This document shows positions 39,961 to 51,783 of a stretch of 64,000 nt of DNA, in pieces. The notes under the pieces were generated by a model. It searched no databases and had not been told where the DNA came from. It saw only the letters and a program-made list of their open reading frames with translations. This DNA is from Octopus sinensis (lineage: Eukaryota): the NCBI RefSeq assembly GCF_006345805.1, contig NC_043017.1, positions 25,730,001 to 25,794,000 on the forward strand, given 5' to 3'. The position numbers and the translations under genes were made by a program. Each line of letters opens with the position of its first letter. Position 1 is the stretch's first letter.

Positions 39961-40149
39961 GGTGTGAGAGAATGGTTAAGTTATAGTTAATTTAGATATT
40001 ATACAAAATAAAGAGTGAGGTGGAAGAGAGAAAATAGATGTGAGATGTGTAGGGATATTTTCATCTCCTACATGAAACTTTGACCAGCATTGAGTTAATC
40101 TACTCACCCTTAATCATTTGACATTATTAAAATTCCATCCACCGAATCG

Positions 40150-40850
40150 AAACCGTCTTCACCTTGCCAGTTCGTACAGCTGTTCCTTCATCACAATCGC
40201 TCAACACACATCCATATCGTACTCCATGCTTCACAATTCCCTGTTCTACGCCTGTCAAGCAAGCCGACTGTTTGGAGCTACAGTAGTTTTATGCTAACCC
40301 GCTGTGGCGAGCAAGTTACCCATTCCATCGACACTATCAGAAACATATTGATAGTTTATTAAAACTGTCATTTGAAACAGCCACAACAAATGATTTGTTC
40401 TAATTTCCTCATGATTTCGGTTACCACTCATCATTGTTCGACCGTGGTCGAGACAATGGAATTTACCCTGCTACGCGAGACTTCACGGTCCATCATAGCA
40501 TTGCGGAGGTCCTGTTGCTGGATTCCTGTATCCCTGGAGATTACATCAGGGTTACCACTGCTCTCAAGTACAATTAAAGCATTCAGCACTTCAAAAACTT
40601 GGTAGAGTTTACTTAACACAACGACCGTCACAAAACCAATTACTCACCTGAACATAAAAAAATGCCTTCCATCCATGGAACTACCATTAAGCTTTCTCAC
40701 CTTTTAAACAATGTCTCACCTTTCTCGTACCTTTGGCAAATGTATACATACCAGAAAATAGCGTGTTGTATAATGTGTACTGGTTTCCCCTGCACGTAGA
40801 AAAGTGATTTCAGGTTGGTCATATTCGGAGTGCCTTTGATTTCTTCGACC
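40150..40850 (-). pseudogene. Decayed LINE reverse-transcriptase remnant hosting the insertion above
   Basis: Motif-like peptides occur in the expected order across frames: EITFLRAGETST (cf. EQAGFRxGRST), LINYQYVSDSVD (cf. FIDYxKAFDSVD), HGVRYGCVLS (cf. GVRQGCVLSP). Confidence 0.5.
40429..40549 (-). mobile_element. 5'-truncated RTE-like LINE 3' end with 10-bp TSD
   Basis: TSD ggttaccact at 40419-40428 and 40550-40559. Encodes DVISRDTGIQQQDLRNAMMDREVSRSRVNSIVSTTVEQ* followed by tgatg, resembling RTE-clade ORF C-termini. Confidence 0.8.
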
Positions 40851-40914
40851 TTAACGGACATGCAGGAGAGACATGACTATCAGCAAAAGATTTTATATAT
40901 GAATAATCGTTTCT

Positions 40915-41520
40915 GCTATAAGCACACGACCTGAAATTTGGTGAGAGGGGTCAGCCGATTAGATTGGCCCCAGTACGCAACTGGTACTTATCGACCTCGA
41001 AAGGATAAAAGGTAAAGTCAACCTCGGTGGAATTTAAGCTCAGAACGTAGCAGCAGACGAAATACGTATTTTTTACTGCCCACAAGGGACTACACACAGT
41101 GGGGACAAACAAGGACAGACAAACGGATTAAGTCGATTATATCGACCTCAATGCAGAACTGGTACTTATTTATTCCACCCCGAAAGGATGAAAGGTAAAG
41201 TCGACCTCGGCGGAATTTAATTCAGAACGTAGCGGCAGACGAAATACCTATTTCATTACTATCGACAAGGGGCTAAACAGAAAGAGGACAAACAAGGAAA
41301 GACTAACGGATTAAGTCGATTATATCGACCCCAGTGCATAACTGGTACTTATTTAATCGATCCCAAATGGATGAAAGGCAAAGTCGAAATACCGCTAAGC
41401 ATTTCGCTCGGCGTGCTAACGTTTCTGCCAGCTCGTCGCCCTCAAAACAAATTTGAGCTCGGCGGAATTTGAAATTGGATCGTAAAGACGGACGCTAACG
41501 ATTCCGCCAGCTCGCCGCCT
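40915..41520 (-). mobile_element. SINE family A array (3 bodies plus head fragments)
   Basis: Units joined at cagacgaaatac(g/c)tattt; head fragments at 41390-41440 and 41490-41520. Confidence 0.88.
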
Positions 41521-42714
41521 CATTTTGTATATGAATAATAAACAATAAAATGACATTTGTAACGTGTAACTGTTTAATAATCCACATATTTTGTTATTCA
41601 GAGCATCCATTCTACCCATATTGAGAAAAAGTCACCACAATAGAAGAACCATTATTCCAGGAAGTATAGGAGTACGTTTCTGAATGACAACAACATCGTC
41701 AGATATTTTGCATGCAGGAGAGATTTGTCTCGTTTATACGGTACTGATATAAAAAATTCTATAATGACATGCATAAATTTTTAATAGAAATAAAACAAAA
41801 GATAAAACAACCGGAACTTAAGTAGTGACATTTTTGTTTTAAAAAAATTGTGAATAACAAGAGAATAGTTAATATGACATATAAGGAAGTTCACATACGA
41901 ATACCTCATCAATAACAAATGAAGCCTTCGATCACAGAATATTCCAATAGACCAATCACCCATCACACTCAAGTAACAATGCTTCGGGCAGACATTATGT
42001 GAGTGACACAGTTATTGCATAGTCTCTGGTCTTGCTTTCTATTCAGAATGTGTACAGATCTATCGAGTGAAATATCTGATAGTATGAAATTTGATGCAGA
42101 ATTTCTGCTGAGGTCGAATTTAGTTTTTGGTGTCGATAAAATAAAGTACTATTCACGTAATATTTTGATAAAATCTACTGAGCACAGTTCTTAAAAATTC
42201 TTGGATTTATGCAAATAATTAGAAGGAAATTTTTTTTTTTTCCACGCTGGGCACAAGGCACGAAATTTTTGGGGAGGGATCCAGTCGATTAGACCGGCCT
42301 CAGTACGCAACTGGTACTTAATTTATCGACCCCGAAAGGAAGAAAGGCAAAGTTGACCTTGGTGAAATTTGAACTCAGAACGTAAAACAGAGGAATTACC
42401 AATTTCTTTATTTCCACAGGGGGCCAAACACAGATATGGACATAACAACTGATTGGGATTAGTAATACGTTATGAATTTACGTAAAATTTGAATATAAAA
42501 ATCATATACAATATTTTAAAAAATCGAATGTAATTAACAACACAGACAACACAAATGTAGCGATGATCAGGCCAAGCTCCGACCCCACAAACCCGATCTA
42601 TCGCTGGTACCCTTTTTTTGTTCTTCTTTTATAGCCTATTGACACGGTTCCTTGCACGCACAACACTCGTGGATTATTTAGCTGTTTTAGATTTACATAT
42701 TAGTGTCAATATAA

Positions 42715-43320
42715 AGGTGGTGAGGTGGCAGAATCGTTAGATCGCCGGGCGAAATGCTTAGCGGTATTTCGTCTGCCGCTACGTTTTGAGTTCAAATTCC
42801 GCCGAGGTCGACTTTGCCTTTCATCCTTTCGGGGTCGATTAAATAAGTACCAGTTACGCACTGGGGTCGATATAATCGACTTAATCCGTTTGTCTGTCCT
42901 TCTTTGTCCTCTCTGTGTTTAGCCCCTTGTGGGTAGTAAAGAAATAGGTATTTCGTCTGCGGCTACGTTCTGAGTTCAAATTCCGCCGAGGTCGACTTTG
43001 CCTTTCATCCTTTCGGGGTCGATTAAATAAGTACCAGTTACGCACTGAGGTCGATATAATCAACTTAATCCCTTTGTCTGTCCTTGTTTGTTCCGTCTGT
43101 GTTTAGCCTCTTGTGTGCAAGAAAGAAATAAGAATCGTTAGCGCACCAGACAAACTGCCTAGCGGCATTTCTTCTTGCTTTCCGTTCTGATTTCGTATTC
43201 GACTGGCATTGACTTTTATCATTTCGGGAGTCGATAAATTAGATACTTGTCGAGCATTTTGGTCAGTGTAATTGACTCACCCTTCCTCCAGAATTCCGGG
43301 CCATGTGCTTATAGCAGAAA
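42715..43320 (+). mobile_element. Nested SINE family A: young dimer inserted in an older copy
   Basis: Dimer junction aaagaaataggtatttcgtctg at about 42940-42960. agaatcgttag is repeated near 42730 and 43132 around the dimer, and a diverged body follows. Confidence 0.85.
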
Positions 43321-45470
43321 TGATATCAATTTCAATATGTTTAGAATTAACACTAAGAAGAAAACATAAAAAAAAAACTGCAATATCTGTCATGTACTTC
43401 TGAAATCAGCCTGTCTGTCCTGTTCAATTAAACATATTCAGTTATCGTGATAACACACACACACACAAAAAAAAATAAAATTGTTGATACGGTCTCCAAG
43501 AAATAATAATAAAATCGCAAATAAACAGTCATAGGGATAGTGGCGAACTGTTGAGAGAGTAGATCATTGAAGAAAATAACTCAAAGCATTTTGATATGAA
43601 TTCTTTCGATTTGACATCGAATCACAATGAGCTTCACAAATTGTTTTATTGTTTCCAGATTGAGAAAGTAACAACAGCCAAATAATGCTGAAAATCTAAT
43701 CAACTATATCCCATGTCTCCAATCAAATTAGTTGAATAGTGTCTGTCAGCTGTCAATGGTTCCCCAAATTTTAGCAAAGTGATAGATTTCCACGATGCAA
43801 ATAAGCGTTCGTGACCGACACTTTCTTCCCCACACATCTAAACGACGACTTTTCCATCACTCACTTTTTTTCCCAAATGTCCTGAAGAAGAGGTTACAAC
43901 TGCTTCTTTGTTCTCTTTTGTTTTGTTTTCTTTTTCTCCCAATACTATACATTCTATCGTCTCGCATTGTTCCAGCTTACACAACAAGTCTCTTTAAAAT
44001 ATTTAGATAAAAATAACAATTTTTCAGACATTTTCCCACGCAGGTGTTATTTCAAATAAACTCTATTTCATAATCCTTTTTCCTACTGCAATTTGTAAAT
44101 TTGTAAATTTGTAAACATTAATGTTTCGCGGACTTGTAAAAGATTTAAAACCTCAAATCAGAGAATAATAACTACAAATAATTCTTGTTGTGACCTATAG
44201 GTTCGGAGCGAAGTCACGGTTATATACCTTCATTTAACTCGACGTATGAATACTTTGTTTAAAAAGATGGTTGGAAATTTACACTCGCAATTAGCAATAA
44301 AGCTAAAACACAAATAGATTTCTTATATATTCCTAAATCCCAGCTGCTTTCTGAGCGATATTACTTGATTCTGTTTATTACACTGGAGATGTAAGTGAAC
44401 CTAAATGACCAAGGTGAATTCTTAATTTAAATTCTGTCATGTAAATCTTGAATTTAAATCTTATAATCTCGCCCAGATTCAGTCTACGTCTCTGTCTATG
44501 TGTCTCATTACATTTATGTGTGCACGTATGTATCTGTGTGTGTACGTGCATTTGCTTATGTAAAATGATATTAAGATAGCGTGTATTTTTGCATGGGTAG
44601 TATTCTAATTTGTAAAAGTATTCGTAGCACACCGAAATATAACACAACGCAGACAAATCATGTATACAGGAGAAGGAGTTAAGACTTATCCAGGCAATAT
44701 TATACGCCATAAAACAAGCTTTAGAAGTTAGCCATTAAGAATCCTGCGGCTTTGGTTAATATTAACAATACTTAAGAAAAATAACATGTGTATAAATTAC
44801 AGTTAATCAGTAGTATTAGACTAAGAAGTGATAATCATGGTCACCAACAAAGGTAAATCAACGTACGGTACAGAAGAAATATGAGAGACAAATGTATAAA
44901 ACCAGAGTGTTGGGAAATACACAATATTTTGAAGAGATTGTCTAGTTGAGTCTGCTACCTTCGATGACGAAAATATGCAGGGAGTTAAGCTCGCCTTGAT
45001 ACAATATATCCATGTGGGGATTAGTGGTCTGGTTAAGGAATTCACCACGTAGTTAAGTGATTCTAATGGCAGTCAAACAAGGCAGCACCATGGCCTAGTA
45101 TTATATTGTGTAAGCTTAGTTTCACCAATATCACTTTGAATGGGGTTTAGTAGACGGACACACCCGCTCACGTATAGGTTTTCCGTGTATATACCTGTGT
45201 TAGAATTATTACGAGTGTTTGCACATGCTTTATACTGGTTTAAATACAATTTCGTTATTCAAGGTTCTTTTTTATATTTTTGTATACCCCATCACTGAAC
45301 AGTTCAACGATATACAACGACAAAAACACATACTGCTATATCGATAACAATGTCATAAAGACTTGTGGATACATTGCTTAAACAATGCCACTGCCAAACT
45401 CCCGTAATCATATATATATATATATTAATATATATATATATATTAATATATATATATATATATATATTAT

Positions 45471-45501
<31 letters not shown>

Positions 45502-45645
45502 ATATATATATATACATACATACATACACACATATATATATACATATACATAGATATATATAAACATATATATAAACATATATATATACATATATACATA
45601 CATATACATATACATACATACATACATACTTACATACATACATGT

Positions 45646-45701
<56 letters not shown>

Positions 45702-46897
45702 CATATTTCGTATTTGTATTTGGTTTGCACGATTCTCGATTCGAGTGTTGAAACAAATACTATTGAAACTTGGGAGGGGTATTATGCTGGTAATAATAAA
45801 CACGCACTGGTTCTTCGGTCCTTTATTGTTACTGTTAGTTAATGGCTCAGCTACTCCACTGAGAAATATATCGATCAGCCGTTTTTCTTTTACTAGTTTT
45901 CCCAGGTTGTATGTTAAACATTTTGGTCAGTTAATCGATAGTTCAAATGTGCGCCATTGTTCATGCTGCCATTTTGTTTTTTGTCAAATAATTACTTAGT
46001 CGCATCTTTGCAATTCTTCAATGACACTTCCATTTCCTTTGAACTTATGTTCCAGCTTTGGGATTTGTCCGAGATCTGTCCGAGATGAGTATGTGAATGT
46101 GTGTGCTCATACGTAAGTGTGACCGTCAGTATGTGTGTATGTATGTGTTTTTCTAAATACTGACTCATATCACTTTTCATATACATAATATAACGGTTTT
46201 GGTTGACTGTCTGTTCTCTTCGTAAACGCACACGTTCATCCATATGATATTTCTTTCAAAGACAGTCCAATCGTCTCCCTTGTTTTATAAATGTTGAGTA
46301 AATTTATATCTATCAGTGCATGACTATGAGTATGGGTATGCGTGCGAATGTGTCCATGAGTGTATGGGCGTGGGGCATGCGTGTACGAGCGTGTACGTCT
46401 CTGTTTGCGTGACTGCAGATGTGTGAGCATTTTGCCCGGCGTGCTAATAGGAACATTATATCGGTTTCAAATGTCGGCACAAGACCAGCATATTTCGAAT
46501 GAGTTGCTAAGCCGATTACATCGACCTCAGTGCTCCAGTGGTACTTATTTTATCGATCCCGAAGTGATGAAAGGCAAAATCAACCCCGGTAGCATTGGAA
46601 CCAACGAACTAAAGACAAAGAAATGCTGCTTACCATTCAACCATCTCACCACCTTGAAAGTGAGACGCTTACAGTGATCACCCATCTAAATAGTAAGTAA
46701 GTTCAACTTAGCTTAACTACGGTAACCAGGCGAGAACCAGTGCATTCAGCATGATGTGGCCGTAAGCAGGAACGGTGTGATGTGAAACAATAATGCATTA
46801 TGGCATTTACTTTCGAAACTTTAGGCTTTAAGTCACATTGATATATTATTCCATTCCTCAAAATACGTAGACTTGTACTTATATTAGGAATCCTTAC

Positions 46898-46955
46898 CAT
46901 CAATGTTTAAAAGTGCATGGCCGTTGTTCATATCTTTGGAATTATTTATGTGAGA
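46898..46955 (-). CDS. Weak candidate small exon (SHINNSKDMNNGHALLNID)
   Basis: Acceptor cacattgacgtcag| and strong donor ATG|gtaagg. It ends in phase 1, compatible with the 33807 acceptor. No homology support. Confidence 0.15.
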
Positions 46956-47134
46956 CTGACGTCAATGTGAAGCGTAATATATAAAAATAACAAGACACGG
47001 ACATAATATATAAGATGATAGATGCTTCGGTTGTCGATTAGATTTTAATGTTTTACCGTATAGACCGAAGAATCGACATATATGGTTAGATATATAGTCT
47101 GATAGATAGAGAGCAAGATATATATATATATATA

Positions 47135-48275
47135 TAAGGAAATATAGATATACGGATAGATGTTTAGGCAGATGGATATATAGATCGATAGATTGGTAGA
47201 TTGATAGGTCGGTAGGTAGGTATGTAGAGAGAGAGAAGAGAGGGAGAGGAAAATAAGGAGAAACACAAAGAGAGAGAGAGAGAGAGTATAGGGTGGTAGG
47301 TGGATGCATCGATGGGCTGAGATATTTAAAAATAGGTATGTAGAGAGAGAGAAGAGAGGGAGAGGAAAATAAGGAGAAACACAAAGAGAGAGAGAGAGAG
47401 AGAGTATAGGGTGGTAGGTGGATGCATCGATGGGCTGAGATATTTAAAAATATGTACTGGATTCTGATGCAAGCAACCGGTAATCGACGTATTTTGTTGT
47501 GTTTATTTTCATATTAATTCCAAACAGGCGTAGGAGTGGCTGTGTGGTAAGTAGCTTGCTTACCAGCTACATGGTCTCGGTTCAGTCTCACTGCGTGGCA
47601 CCTTGGGCAAGTGTCTTCTGCTATAGCCTCGGGCCGACCAAAGCCTTGTGAGTGGATTTGGTAGACGGAAACTGAAAGAAGCCCGTCGAATATAAATATA
47701 TATATATTATATATATATATAAGGAAATATAGATATACGGATAGATGTTTAGGCAGATGGATATATAGATCGATAGATTGGTAGATTGATAGGTCGGTAG
47801 GTAGGTATGTAGAGAGAGAGAGAAGAGAGGGAGAGGAAAATAAGGAGAAACACAAAGAGAGAGAGAGAGAGAGAGTATAGGGTGGTAGGTGGATGCATCG
47901 ATGGCTGAGATATTTAAAAATAGGTATGTAGAGAGAGAGAAGAGAGGGAGAGGAAAATAAGGAGAAACACAAGAGAGAGAGAGAGAGAGTATAGGGTGGT
48001 AGGTGGATGCATCGATGGGCTGAGATATTTAAAAATATGTACTGGATTCTGATGCAAGCAACCGGTAATCGACGTATTTTGTTGTGTTTATTTTCATATT
48101 AATTCCAAACAGGCGTAGGAGTGGCTGTGTGGTAAGTAGCTTGCTTACCAGCTACATGGTCTCGGGTTCAGTCTCACTGCGTGGCACCTTGGGCAAGTGT
48201 CTTCTGCTATAGCCTCGGGCCGACCAAAGCCTTGTGAGTGGATTTGGTAGACGGAAACTGAAAGAAGCCCGTCGA
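47135..48275 (+). repeat. ~570-bp near-identical tandem duplication with internal ~110-bp duplication
   Basis: About 47135-47690 matches about 47720-48275, including the SINE B head. Confidence 0.9.
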
Positions 48276-48525
48276 ATATAAATATATATATATATATATA
48301 TATATGCGTGGGTTTGTGTGTCTGCGTTTGTCCTCCCAACAACCTCCTTGATAACCGATGCTGGTGTGTTTACATCCCCGTAACTTTGCGGTTCGGCAAA
48401 AGAGACTGATAGAATAAATACTAGGCTTCCAAAGAATAAGTCCTGTGGTCGATGTGCTCGACTAAAGGCGGTGCTCCAGCATGGCCACAGTCAAATGCCT
48501 GAAACAAGTAAAAGAGTAAAAGAGA
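48111..48525 (+). mobile_element. SINE family B, full length
   Basis: Same architecture as 10085-10497. The head alone is duplicated at 47525-47690. Confidence 0.9.
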
Positions 48526-50522
48526 GTACCAGCATAGTACACGTGACATTTATCCATAACACAGTTGACGTAATACAATCCGCGGTACTCGTAGAACACG
48601 ATGCATCATCCCGTAAATAATTCAAGAGTAGAACATTTTTTTCTCTTTGAAATCTATGCCATAGATCTTTTGTCATAGTTCTTGCTTAAATTCATACAAT
48701 AAACACTAGCCAAGCGACGTGGTCAACCTAATCGTTTACAATTTCTAAGGAAATGTATGTCTCGCTGTTTTGTATGCTGTTTTCATTCTTTTCCTTAGAG
48801 TAAGATGATAAGAAATAGAATCTATTTATTATATAGACATAACGCCGCAATAAATAACTATTGCTGATACTGCAGAATATAGAGAAGTGACGTAAAAACA
48901 CAATTCAAATAAAAGTTGTCGAATTTATTATCGGTCTCTACATCGGATCGAATTCAAGTGTTGGCTATACCGCGTTTTAAATATACTGCATGTAAGCCTA
49001 TTGAAAAATTGTTTTAATACTCCTTCGTATCGTAGCTTCATAACCAGGATCCTTTGTTAATTGCTTTCCCTAAAATGGCATGTTGATGTATTTATGCCCT
49101 TGTGTTTGTTGATTTGGCTCGCTCGATGGGAAGAGAGACAAAATAGAATTCATCTACACTTGAATACTTTGTACCAAATTATGAAACAAATTATTCAAGG
49201 AATTTTTTTTCCGACGCTCAATGAATGGTAATGAATTTTGTCTATCAAATTCTACTTGTTCGTATTTTTTGTTTCATCTATTGAACTGAGACACCACATT
49301 GAACTGTTTACTCGAACAAATTAACCCTAGGACTCAATCCGTTTACGTCTGGTAATTATTTTGCCGTCGAGGCACATGGCCTAGTGGTTAGAGCACGATA
49401 TGTATGTGTATGTTTATGAGCGAAACACCTAATGAGGAGACAAACAACAGTATTAATTATTTTGCCAGTACCATTTGTAGAACTAACACATCAATGGGAA
49501 AAACACAAGTACAATAACATACACACATAAATAATATATTTTAAAATGCCCAAGCTTCAAAACAAATAAATAGCCTGCAATCTTCACATCCTTAAGCACA
49601 GATGTTAAAAACTATATATTAACGACAGAGGCCGTATTAATACCGGAAGGTAATATTTATCTACATTTAAACATGGATGTTCGCCTTGAAGAATTTTAGT
49701 CGAGGATGTTTATTTTATCGACAAGGAAAGGATGAAAGGAAAAGTTAACAGGAGCGGGATTTGAACACAGATTGTGAAGAGGCGAAATTTGTTACAAACC
49801 ATGTATCTAATTTTGGTTTTAGATTTTGGCACACGGCCAATTTCATGAGATGGGGGCGAGTATATTACATTGACTCCAGCGCTTAAATTTTGTACTTATT
49901 TTATCGAACATGAAAGGAGGAGAGTCAAAGTTGACTCCGGCAGCATTTAAACTCGGAAGTAAAGTCGGAAGAAATGTGGCTAATCATTTTGTCCGGCACG
50001 GTAACGACGTTGCCAGAACACCGCCTGAATTACGTCACTAATATTCAATATGATATTATCAAAACATACTTCAAATTTAATCACGGTTTTTTGCACTGAA
50101 CTCTCGAATGACAGGTCCGTGCATGAATAGTTTCATCTGCGAGCTAAACCAAACCAAATTTTGCATGATTTGCAGCAAATAATTTTAGAGAAGTGCCCCG
50201 CCCAATTTTAATTGAAATTTAGGTGTTTGTTCATTGATTAATTGTTTATAATTAGTAATAACGCTCGTTAACTATACTAACGATCTCAAAAAATAATAAT
50301 GTAATATGAAGCTTACGCTTTAATTTATCGGGTCCGGTAAAAAAAAAGTTTTGTTTTATTAGCATTAATGCTACACGTAAGGCAGCGAACTGATAAAATC
50401 GTTAGGACCCCGAACAAAATGTTTTGCGACATTCCGCCCGTCTTTGTGCTCTGAGTTCAAATTGCACCGAGATCAAATTTGACTTTTATCATTTCGGAGT
50501 CGATAGAATAAGTGCTAGTTAA

Positions 50523-50772
50523 ACCCTTTCTTTTTAAAGCCTAGCAAGGCTCATAGGCGCGGTTTCCCGGTTTCAATGGCGTATGTGTTCCCCAGCTGGA
50601 CGAGACGCCAGTCCATCGCAGCGTTACTCATTTTTGCCAGCTGAGTGGACTGGAGCAACGTGAAATGAAGTGTTTTGCTCAAGAACACAACGGGGGCCCG
50701 GTCCAGGAATTGAAACCACACTCTTACGATCAAGGTGCCGACACCCTAACCACTAAGCTACGCAACTCCACA
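50523..50772 (-). mobile_element. tRNA SINE family D (CORE-like centre) with tail T2
   Basis: Reverse complement has a tRNA-like head, then tgtgttcttgagcaaaacacttcatttcacgttgctccagtccactcagctggcaaaaatgagt (CORE-like), then the tail shared with 2350-2640. Confidence 0.8.
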
Positions 50773-51146
50773 CTAGTTAAGCAGTGAGGTCGATTTAATT
50801 GGCTGATCTCTCTCTGAATCTCCTGACCTTGTGCCACATTAGAAATCAATATTAGCGTTACTCGTAAGGCGACGGATTGACAGAGTTGTTAGCAACCCGG
50901 GCAAAATGATTGCCGGCATTCCCTCAGTTTTTTTTTACATTCTAAGCTCTAATCCTACCATGGTCGACTTTGCCTTTCATCCGTTCATAAAATAAGCACC
51001 GGTTGAGTACTAGGGTCAATTTAATCTTCTTAGCTTCAAATCTGTTGGCCTTGCGCCAAAACCTGAAATCAATATTACCGTTCGAGTGTTGTTTTCATGT
51101 TTGAATTATACTGTGTCGGTCATTTGTTTCACATTCCTTATTGTGT

Positions 51147-51528
51147 GGAGGCGCAATGGCCCAGTGGTTAGGGCAGCGGACTCGCGGTCGTAGGATGGCG
51201 GTTTCTATTCCCAGACCGGGCGTTGTGAATGTTTATTGAGCGAAAACACCTAGAGCTCCACGATGTTCCGGCAGGGGATGGTGGTGTACCCTGCTGTACT
51301 CTTTCACCACAATTTCTCTCACTCTTACTTCCTGTTTCTGTTGTACCTGTATTTCAAGGGGCAGGCCTTGTCACTCTCTGTGTCACGCTGAATATCCCCG
51401 AGAACTACGTTAAGGGTACACGTGTCTGTGGAGTGCTCAGCCACTTACACGTTAATTTCACGAGCAGGCTGTTCGGTTGATTCGGATCAACCGGAACCCT
51501 CGTCGTCGTAACTGACGGAGTGCTTCCC
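51147..51528 (+). mobile_element. SINE family C head with tail T1
   Basis: High similarity to 24949-25329; short TSD tgtgt at 51142-51146 and 51529-51533. Confidence 0.92.
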
Positions 51529-51754
51529 TGTGTCGTAGTATGTCTGTCGCAGTCTCTATTTGTGTTCTGTTGTTCTCAATGTTCTTGGTTGTTTGAATAT
51601 TTTTTTTGAATTTTTTCCCATATTTTGTGTTGTTTCTTTTTATGACAGACGTATTGGATGCTATCCAATTATTTTGTATTTCTGTTATTGTTCTTGCTGT
51701 TAAAGTACATAATTAATATTTATGTTAGTTGGCTGTGTTTATAAAGAGATTTAC

Positions 51755-51783
51755 CTGTAGTTTCTGACAGATATAAGCGTAGT
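51755..51783 (-). CDS. Weak candidate 29-bp micro-exon
   Basis: Strong acceptor ggcatcggttttcag| and donor CAG|gtaaat. All three frames are open; the frame xAC-YAYICQKLQ would be in phase with 46955. No homology support. Confidence 0.15.

Noticed and set aside
40648-40700. Strong minus donor CAG|gtgagt as an upstream exon
   Set aside because: All frames hit stops within a few dozen bases, there is no good acceptor, and it lies in a probable LINE remnant.
45700-46000. ~95 non-repetitive open codons at the end of ORF 45385-45999
   Set aside because: The start lies in microsatellite; there is no motif or supporting splice structure. Left uncalled.
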